Part shown: positions 36,094 to 42,620 of the stretch, in pieces
How the letters are laid out: every line of letters starts with the position of its first letter
How positions within the stretch are numbered: position 1 is the first letter of the stretch
Origin: Zoogloeaceae bacterium
GTDB taxonomy: Bacteria; Pseudomonadota; Gammaproteobacteria; Burkholderiales; Rhodocyclaceae
Direction of reading: 5' to 3'
Length of the DNA stretch: 42,620 nucleotides
Assembly (NCBI GenBank): GCA_031267345.1
Contig: JAIRZG010000162.1
Span: 1-42,620 of the forward strand
Translations under genes and position numbers: made by a program
Notes under the pieces: model-generated
Database searches by the model: none
What the model saw: only the letters and a program-made list of their open reading frames with translations
What the model was told of the DNA's origin: nothing

Positions 36094-37157
36094 AGACGGC
36101 TGGCTTGCTTATCGACTGGCTAACCTTACGGATACCGCTGTCTGATAAGCAACTCGGCTTTGACCTTCATCAGCGCGTCATGAATGCCAGAATGCATATT
36201 CAGTGCTTCGATAGCGAAGGCGTTAAAAAGTGGGAGAAAGCGTCATTGGATTTTGACGCCTTGCGCTCCGATACGGTCGGTCTGTGCTGGATGATGCAGG
36301 GCGATGGTGTGCAGTACTACCTTGTCATTGGTGGATCACCTGCGAGCCTGAATCATGGCTTAAACGTTTTCGGGGACTTGGACATCAGGGCAGGGGCGGA
36401 AACGCTCATCAGGGCAGCGCAAAGGGGGCTACAGGCCATTTTGCCGCCTTTGGACAGGTGGCAATGCCGTCGCATCGACATAACGGGAAATTACCTGTTG
36501 CCAGACGCATCCAGTGTCAAGCAAGCCCTGCGGATGTTGATGAATACGGATGCAGCGCGGCGCAGGGCGACCAGCGCGAAAAGAGGCGGCGATACGGTCA
36601 TGTGGAACACGACCAGCGACTTGACGAAGGGCAAGGCATATCACAAGGGCCCGCAGCTTCTCTTTTCTTGCCGTCGTCATAATCTTGACGTGACGCCGGA
36701 ACAGATTGAGATGGCGGACAGGTTGTTGAGGTTGGAGCATACGCGCGGTGCGCGTTGGTTTCGTAGAGAGGAAGAGGATGGGCGGCGCTGGCAGGATTTG
36801 ACTTCGGAGAAGCTGGAAGAATGCTATTTGGAATTTTTTGAGCGATTGGTGGAAGGCGTGGAGGTGAAGGACATGGACAGGATGACGCTTGTAGAGTTGA
36901 TACAAAACTCGAACAACATAACAGAGGGTCGCGCGGAAGCGGCTTTTACGACATACCGCAACATCAGGGCAGATGGTCTGGAAGTCGTCAAGGGCTTTAT
37001 GGCGAAGTCGACTTTTTATCGTCATCTGCGCTATTTGCGCAATGTAGGGATAACCGATTCTGATTTGTATAACAGCAATGTTTTTCCGATTCGGCCTGTA
37101 CGGATTGTGCTGGCTCAACCTGTATCCAGTTGGGAAGACATTCGGAGGGTTGCGTAA
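36090..37157 (+). CDS. Phage replication protein, gene II/X (CRI) family
   Basis: IDWLT, GSPA...GLNVFG, RIDITGNY, KAYHKGPQL, LLRLE, STFYRH. Confidence 0.9.
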   Translation: MKTAGLLIDWLTLRIPLSDKQLGFDLHQRVMNARMHIQCFDSEGVKKWEKASLDFDALRSDTVGLCWMMQGDGVQYYLVIGGSPASLNHGLNVFGDLDIRAGAETLIRAAQRGLQAILPPLDRWQCRRIDITGNYLLPDASSVKQALRMLMNTDAARRRATSAKRGGDTVMWNTTSDLTKGKAYHKGPQLLFSCRRHNLDVTPEQIEMADRLLRLEHTRGARWFRREEEDGRRWQDLTSEKLEECYLEFFERLVEGVEVKDMDRMTLVELIQNSNNITEGRAEAAFTTYRNIRADGLEVVKGFMAKSTFYRHLRYLRNVGITDSDLYNSNVFPIRPVRIVLAQPVSSWEDIRRVA

Positions 37158-37444
37158 TGGTCTGGTGCGTAAATTCTTATCATGATTTGGGCGGCGGGAA
37201 TTTTACGGGCGCTGTCCATGATGAAAGGCAAGCAATATCTGCGAATTGTGAATATGTCCTTGTTACGCCTCAAGAATATTTTTCGGCGTTGAATGGTTCA
37301 GATACGTCGAGTGATGATGATCCTGTTTTGTTTGATTCTGCTGTTGGTGGTCAGATATTCGGTTTGTTTTTTTCAATTACGGTTGGACTTTATATTTTTT
37401 CAAAGTGCATTGGTTTGGTGATAAAGGCTGTAAAGGAATTTTAG
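37157..37444 (+). CDS. Minor virion protein candidate (pVII/pIX position)
   Basis: TAATG overlap with rep; C-terminal TM; CEYVLVTPQEY motif. Confidence 0.7.
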   Translation: MVWCVNSYHDLGGGNFTGAVHDERQAISANCEYVLVTPQEYFSALNGSDTSSDDDPVLFDSAVGGQIFGLFFSITVGLYIFSKCIGLVIKAVKEF

Positions 37445-37506
37445 TAATTTGCTGTTCGGCAAATGTGCGTCAGGTCACTTTACCTGATTTTTGAGGAGTT
37501 ACAAAA

Positions 37507-37719
37507 ATGAACTTGATTAAAAAGGTTGTCGCTGGCCTTGGTGCTGCCATTGCGTCTGTATCTGCTTTTGCTGCCGGTCCCGATATGTCGACTTTGACGG
37601 ATTCGATTGATTTTGGCACAGTCACTACGGCGATTCTGGGCGCTGCTGGCGCGTTGATTGTGGTCTATATCGCCTGGAAAGGCGCAAAGATCGTTCTGTC
37701 TGCGGTCAAGGGCGGTTGA
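37507..37719 (+). CDS. Major coat protein (pVIII)
   Basis: SD GAGGAG; signal ...SAFA|AGPD, acidic N-terminus, TM, basic C-terminus. Confidence 0.92.
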   Translation: MNLIKKVVAGLGAAIASVSAFAAGPDMSTLTDSIDFGTVTTAILGAAGALIVVYIAWKGAKIVLSAVKGG

Positions 37720-37724
37720 TGTGA

Positions 37725-37776
37725 CGGTGTGGCGGCTCCCGCGCGGAATGAAATGAGCACGGAAGCCGCCACACCG
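37725..37776 (+). other. Long hairpin after the major coat gene
   Basis: 13-bp perfect stem CGGTGTGGCGGCT / AGCCGCCACACCG plus an imperfect inner stem. Confidence 0.7.
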
Positions 37777-37795
37777 AAACCTTTTAGGTGATTTC

Positions 37796-37879
37796 ATGAC
37801 TGCTAATGATTTTTGGTACTTGCTGATAGCATTTTGGGCTATCGTTTGCGCTTGGGCGGTGGTGGAGGGGTTGAAGTGA
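37796..37879 (+). CDS. 27-aa hydrophobic peptide, probable minor coat protein (below the ORF-track cutoff)
   Basis: SD TAGGTG; MTANDFWYLLIAFWAIVCAWAVVEGLK*; GTGA overlap with the pIII start. Confidence 0.7.
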   Translation: MTANDFWYLLIAFWAIVCAWAVVEGLK

Positions 37880-39519
37880 AAAATTTTCTTATCATTTTCT
37901 TTTTTGTTTTTTCGCGCTTGGCTTTTGGTCAGGCTTTGCCTGTTCCTGATCCTTCGCCTTTTCTTGTTCCTGCATCAACAGCATATTTTGCGCCTTCGGC
38001 TTATATAGCCAATGCGCCGTCTTTTACACAGCCTGGCATTGTTGCTAATTATGCGTCTAGTTATTTACAGCCTTTGCGTGGAGTTCCCGGTCTTTCGTTA
38101 GTCGGTGTTGCTGCTGGCGCTCTTTTGCTCTGGACGTTATCGGATGCTGATAAATCAAATAATGATTATCAGGTTACGCGCGTTTCTTTTAGTCCATATG
38201 ATTATCAGGGTTTTACGCTTTCTCGCGCTAATAGGGAATATAAAATTATGGAGAATCATTATCCAGATAAATGCGCGAATGGAGAATATAATTGTTCACG
38301 TTCACTTTCTCTCCCTTTAGCTGATTATTATGTTGAAATAAATGGTCGCATTGTTAAATATAATCTCATTTTGTCAAAAGAAAACGGACAATCTGTTAAT
38401 TTACGGGAAGATTCTTTTAATACATTTGATGAAATATGCACTTTTTATAAAGGTACTACGATTGGCAATGTAGATGATGAAACTTGTGCTGGTTATGTTA
38501 TTCCTGATTATTACAGGGAGCAAGGTTATACAACAGGGGCTTTTCATGCTAGTGAAGATGGAAATTATTGTCCTGTTCCGTTTACTCTTTTTACTAGCGT
38601 TGACTATATGGAGGGAATGCCTCAAGAATTTATTGATGGTGTAGTCGCGGCTTCTAATGGTTATACAATGAATGTATGTTATGTTAAAAATGTAAGAAGA
38701 TTAAGCGATGGTATTTGCGATTACGTGAATGGGAAAGGCGCTTTTTACACAGAGGATATAGATTGTAGAGCTTATTACGATGGTGGCGCGTCTGCTGCTT
38801 CTACCGTATATCGTGAAGGTCATGTCGTATCCTATGGCAAAGATACGGAAACGGGGAAAATAATTATTCATGATATATCTTCCAATGTATCGCCGGATTT
38901 AAGAAGTTATCGCTATGTTATTTCAGAGGAAACGGGAACAGGTTTACATGTTACAGAATTGGTCATTAGCACATCTGGGAAAATTGTTGCTGCGGAAAGT
39001 TTTGACATTGAGGGCGCATCTATTGCTTTGCCCTCTTCTGTTCCTGCTTCCAAGTTGGCGTCAGGTGTTTATCCTTCTGCTGAAAATTCACCTGCTGTAC
39101 GCTATAGCGCAAGTCCTGCCACGAATCCCGGCACAAATCCCGGTACTGATCCAGATCCGAATCAGAATGACAATAATGAGCCGATACAGTGGCCTGATGA
39201 TTATGCGCGGCGTGGTGAGGCGGAAGATGCGGCGGACAAAATTATTGATGCGTTTTCGGGCGAAACGGAAGCAATAGATTTAACTGCTCCCGTGGATAGT
39301 TTCAATGATAATTATTTTAGTGGTACATTCGACGGTTTGACTGCATGGCGGTTGCCGCCGCATGTAAGTCAATGTCCAACAGGTTCTTTTTCTGTTTTCG
39401 GAAATAACTACACAATAGATTCACATTGCGTACTGATGGAAAGTTATTTTAATGATTTGAGTTCGGTGATGGTGGTGTTGTTTTCGTTGCTTGCTCTGTT
39501 TATTGTTTTGAAGGCTTGA
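37876..39519 (+). CDS. Adsorption protein pIII-like
   Basis: GTG start with signal peptide ...LAFG|QAL; Cys-rich N-domain; NPGTNPGTDPDPN linker; CP...C motif and C-terminal TM. Confidence 0.85.
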   Translation: MKNFLIIFFFVFSRLAFGQALPVPDPSPFLVPASTAYFAPSAYIANAPSFTQPGIVANYASSYLQPLRGVPGLSLVGVAAGALLLWTLSDADKSNNDYQVTRVSFSPYDYQGFTLSRANREYKIMENHYPDKCANGEYNCSRSLSLPLADYYVEINGRIVKYNLILSKENGQSVNLREDSFNTFDEICTFYKGTTIGNVDDETCAGYVIPDYYREQGYTTGAFHASEDGNYCPVPFTLFTSVDYMEGMPQEFIDGVVAASNGYTMNVCYVKNVRRLSDGICDYVNGKGAFYTEDIDCRAYYDGGASAASTVYREGHVVSYGKDTETGKIIIHDISSNVSPDLRSYRYVISEETGTGLHVTELVISTSGKIVAAESFDIEGASIALPSSVPASKLASGVYPSAENSPAVRYSASPATNPGTNPGTDPDPNQNDNNEPIQWPDDYARRGEAEDAADKIIDAFSGETEAIDLTAPVDSFNDNYFSGTFDGLTAWRLPPHVSQCPTGSFSVFGNNYTIDSHCVLMESYFNDLSSVMVVLFSLLALFIVLKA

Positions 39520-39520
39520 T

Positions 39521-39820
39521 ATGGCTATTCCTTTACTTGCTCCTTTGCTTTCGTCGCTTGTTTCGTGGATTTTCCGCGAAGTTGTCGTTAAGTTTTTAAT
39601 TTTTACTGGCCTATATTTGCTCATTGCGTTTCTTGTACCTTATGCTATTGGATTTTTGCTTCCGTTTATTGGTACTGGTGATTTGACTAGTGCTTTTAAT
39701 GTGGTGTCTCCCGGTGTGTGGTTTTTTCTTGATTTTTTCCGTTTGGATTTTGGCGTTCCGCTTCTGATTTCGGCTTTTGTGGCGCGTTTCTTGATACGTC
39801 GCTTACCAGTTATAGGCTGA
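39521..39820 (+). CDS. Minor coat protein pVI-like (DUF2523)
   Basis: 99-aa hydrophobic protein ending RFLIRRLPVIG; between pIII and Zot. Confidence 0.85.
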   Translation: MAIPLLAPLLSSLVSWIFREVVVKFLIFTGLYLLIAFLVPYAIGFLLPFIGTGDLTSAFNVVSPGVWFFLDFFRLDFGVPLLISAFVARFLIRRLPVIG

Positions 39821-39824
39821 TGCA

Positions 39825-40943
39825 ATGTCTATTAAAGCTTACACAGGCCGTATGGGTAGCGGCAAAACCTATGAGGTTGTGTCGGTCGTGATCCTCGGTG
39901 CGCTGGCTAAAGGTCGGCGTGTTGTGAGCAATGTTGCAGGTCTGGATTATGACGCGATGGCGGAGCTTTTGGCGGCTGATGGCGTAGATGCGGATTGTAT
40001 CGGCTCATTGGTGCAAGTACAGCATGATCAGGTCTTGTCTCCTGACTTCTGGCGGACGGATGAAACGGAAAAGACGGGCGGCGCTGCCTTCATCTTGCCT
40101 GGTGATTTGCTTGTTCTTGATGAAGTCTGGCGTTTCTGGGAAGGGTTTGCGGACAGGAAGATGCCGCAACAGGTGATGAATTTTTTTCGGATGCATCGGC
40201 ATTTTGTCGATGCTGAATCTGGCTTTACCTGTGATGTCGCGCTCATATCGCAAGATGTCCTTGATATTGCGCGGCGGATGCGGTCAGTGATTGAGGAAAC
40301 TTATCACATGACCAAGTTAACGGCGGTGGGGGTGGCTAATCGTTATCGAGTGGATGTTCACGTCGGGGCGCGTATCACAAGAAAGCCGCTTCGGTCAATA
40401 CAAAGAGCATATGATAAACGGTATTTTCCGCTCTATTCTTCACATTCGCAAAAGGATGCCAGCGGCGCGGATGCGAAAGAGGACAACATCGACGGGCGCG
40501 GGAATGTGTTTAAAGGGTTGCTGTTCAAGGTCATTTTGCCGCTTTGCGTTCCTGTTTTTTTGTATTGTGTCTGGTCGCTTTATCGTTTTTTTAATCCTGC
40601 TGTGTCTGATGCCGCCCTTCCCTCTTCTGTCGTGAGTCAACGGCCTTCTGGTGGCCTTCCTGCGTCTTCTGTTGTTTCTGATGGTGTTTCCACGCGCTGG
40701 CGGCTGGTGGGTGTCGTGGTTGATGCTTCTGGTCGTCAGTCGTGGATGATCGCTGATGGAGCGGTAATACGTGTGCTGTACGACCCGCCAGCGGTCAAGT
40801 TTAATGGCTGGTCGATGTCGATTAAGACGCCGGAAGGTGAAATGGTCACGACGTGGAGCGGTCGCTCTTCGGCTTCCGGTCTGTCTTTGGGGAATTCATC
40901 AGGCAGTCAGGCGCCGGTCAGATATGAACGAGGAATGCCGTGA
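39825..40943 (+). CDS. zot: Zot/pI morphogenesis ATPase
   Basis: GRMGSGKT Walker A, LVLDE Walker B, MHRH, ISQD, single TM. Confidence 0.93.
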   Translation: MSIKAYTGRMGSGKTYEVVSVVILGALAKGRRVVSNVAGLDYDAMAELLAADGVDADCIGSLVQVQHDQVLSPDFWRTDETEKTGGAAFILPGDLLVLDEVWRFWEGFADRKMPQQVMNFFRMHRHFVDAESGFTCDVALISQDVLDIARRMRSVIEETYHMTKLTAVGVANRYRVDVHVGARITRKPLRSIQRAYDKRYFPLYSSHSQKDASGADAKEDNIDGRGNVFKGLLFKVILPLCVPVFLYCVWSLYRFFNPAVSDAALPSSVVSQRPSGGLPASSVVSDGVSTRWRLVGVVVDASGRQSWMIADGAVIRVLYDPPAVKFNGWSMSIKTPEGEMVTTWSGRSSASGLSLGNSSGSQAPVRYERGMP

Positions 40944-42175
40944 TGATACGTTTTATATGTTGTTTACTGTTTTCTTGTTCTGTTTATGCGCAACAAGAAG
41001 ATTTAATTTCTTTTCGCTTTCGTGATGTGCGTGTATCTGACTTGATACAGGTTGTGTACACTGATATTTTGAATCGTCCATATGTCCTTGATCCTGCTGT
41101 TGCGCATTCTACCGATTCAATAACGCTCGACCTTCCCCGTATAACTTCGGCGCAATTCGATCATCAATTACGCTTATTATTGGATTCGATGAATTATCAG
41201 ATAATGGATGTTAGCGGTATTGCATTCTTTTCTAAAAAAAAGGAAGGCGAAGAATTATTAACGCCTTTTGTTTATCGTCCATTATATCGTTCTGTTTCTT
41301 ACCTTACAGATTTAACCAGCACGATTTTTAAACGTAATAATTTTACAACACAAAGAAGTGTACAATTACCAGAGGGGGCGGTATTCAATAATGGTATTGA
41401 TACTGGAACTAATGCTTTTTCTATGATCAGTAAAGAAGATACTGACGTACTTGTATTTAATGGCACGTTGCAGGATATTGAGAAGCTGAAAAAGTTGCTT
41501 GTTGAGCTTGACAGGCCGATAAGCGAGGTGCTGGTTAAGGCGATTGTTTATGAAGTGCGAAACGATACAGTAGAAACTAATGCGGTATCTTTGGCTATCG
41601 GATTGTTAAAATCTGTTGATGGTGCCGGAATCAGGATTAACAGCATTCCAGATGCGGAAAACTCCATAAAAATTCATACGTCCAACATACAGGCGGTTTG
41701 GTCTGCTTTATCTGGTGATTCTCGCTTTAAACTTGTTTCTTCTCCCACTGTACGTATTAAAAGTGGTGGCAAAGCTCGTTTTATGGCAGGTCAGGATGTG
41801 CCGACTTTGGGAAGCGTTTCGTATCCAACGTCTGGTCAATCTGTGCAAAGTATTGACTATAAATCATCCGGTGTGATTTTAGAGCTTACTCCGGAAATTC
41901 GGGAATCTGTAATTGAGTTAAACATCAGTCAGCAAATATCAGACTTTACCAGTACATCAACGGGCGTTAATACATCTCCGACCTTGCTAAAGCGCGAGTT
42001 GAAGACATCTGTTATTGCAAATGACGATGAGATTATAATCCTCGGTGGTTTAGAAAAAACGACGGATTCAAAAATGACTGAAGGCATATCGTTCTTGCCC
42101 GCTTTTTTGCGTTCCAAAAATGATACGAACGAACGAACGGAAATAATGATGTTGCTTCATGTCAAGAGAATATAA
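40940..42175 (+). CDS. Secretin pIV (phage export channel)
   Basis: EVLVKAIVYEV, VSSPTVR, GVILELTP, IILGGL secretin motifs. Confidence 0.92.
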   Translation: MMIRFICCLLFSCSVYAQQEDLISFRFRDVRVSDLIQVVYTDILNRPYVLDPAVAHSTDSITLDLPRITSAQFDHQLRLLLDSMNYQIMDVSGIAFFSKKKEGEELLTPFVYRPLYRSVSYLTDLTSTIFKRNNFTTQRSVQLPEGAVFNNGIDTGTNAFSMISKEDTDVLVFNGTLQDIEKLKKLLVELDRPISEVLVKAIVYEVRNDTVETNAVSLAIGLLKSVDGAGIRINSIPDAENSIKIHTSNIQAVWSALSGDSRFKLVSSPTVRIKSGGKARFMAGQDVPTLGSVSYPTSGQSVQSIDYKSSGVILELTPEIRESVIELNISQQISDFTSTSTGVNTSPTLLKRELKTSVIANDDEIIILGGLEKTTDSKMTEGISFLPAFLRSKNDTNERTEIMMLLHVKRI

Positions 42176-42198
42176 AAACAGGGGATGATCCCCTGTTT
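42176..42198. terminator. Bidirectional terminator
   Basis: AAACAGGGGA-TGA-TCCCCTGTTT between convergent genes. Confidence 0.8.
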
Positions 42199-42215
42199 GA
42201 TTTGTTTTTTTGTCT

Positions 42216-42506
42216 TTATGCTCCGAACATTTTTATGAGTATTACTGCAAGGGCAACGGAACCGATGATTGCGCCGGTGTTCCATTTGATGATTTCGGCT
42301 TTTGTCTCTGCTAGCTTGATTTCAAGTTGGTTTAAGTCTTGTTTTATGCTTTTTTCCAATTCTTTCAAGTCGTGTGTTGTTGCGACTTCTGCGACTGTCA
42401 TAACGTCTTTCAAGGCGTCGCTGATCCCTTCGGCCTGTTCTGGTTTGAATCCTTTGGATTGCAGGTTTTTCACAAATTGCAGTGTGTCGAAAGTGATGGC
42501 GGTCAT
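42216..42506 (-). CDS. DUF1640/CCDC90-like coiled-coil membrane protein
   Basis: FDTLQFVKNLQSKGF..EQAE, VATTHDL, IIKW + C-terminal TM; SD CAGGAG. Confidence 0.85.
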   Translation of the reverse strand: MTAITFDTLQFVKNLQSKGFKPEQAEGISDALKDVMTVAEVATTHDLKELEKSIKQDLNQLEIKLAETKAEIIKWNTGAIIGSVALAVILIKMFGA

Positions 42507-42620
42507 GATGTTCTCCTGTGATGTGGTGAAGTCTAGCACGATCTGTACTGGTCGTGGTCGTGATGCTGGCTTGTTGCTGTTCTCCTTCGTGGTCAGGTGC
42601 TGGTTGTAAAACTTCTAGCC

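Larger units (their letters stand above)
34275..42620. mobile_element. Filamentous prophage (Inoviridae-like) at tRNA-Pro(CGG); continues beyond the right edge
   Basis: Gene order ssb, rep, minor coat, major coat, pIII, pVI, Zot, secretin; T-rich plus strand; abuts the tRNA 3' end. Confidence 0.95.

Noticed and set aside
39121-39165. Short tandem repeats (NPGT/DP)
   Set aside because: Ordinary low-complexity pIII linker, not a CRISPR or VNTR system.
1-42620. CRISPR array, integrase, dif site or second att copy
   Set aside because: None seen by eye; both elements extend past the window edges, so the integration mechanism cannot be confirmed here.

Overview
Betaproteobacterial chromosomal window (gene content suggests Rhodocyclales; inference) bracketed by two different filamentous-phage-type elements, each abutting a tRNA 3' end. 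Left (1-2757): the start of a Rep_trans/RstA-type rolling-circle element at tRNA-Arg(CCG), with its rep gene truncated by the window edge and missing from the ORF track. Right (34275-42620): a near-complete inovirus prophage at tRNA-Pro(CGG) with ssDNA-binding protein, gene II/X Rep, coat proteins, pIII, pVI, Zot/pI, secretin pIV and DUF1640. Both elements share one control architecture: tRNA, then an HTH repressor whose ORF reads into the antisense tRNA and has no stop of its own in phage DNA, then palindromic operators with opposing promoters, then a membrane-anchored DUF2726 gene lying antisense between the putative lytic promoter and the phage genes. This suggests integration-dependent repressor C-terminus switching. 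The host interval holds cytochrome c5, an MFS transporter, a siderophore-interacting protein, a TetR pseudogene, a di-haem peroxidase coupled to a DAHL-PAS-GGDEF-EAL protein, bepA, tusA, a porin, an SphI-like restriction-modification pair wedged between ftsH and menA, a NusG-II/Gx pair, radA, lrp/leuA split by a repeat-flanked insertion, a TPR-GT41 glycosyltransferase, a flagellin with a sigma54-type promoter, and ispB. No integrase and no second att copy is visible in the window. All family calls come from motif recognition, not database searches.
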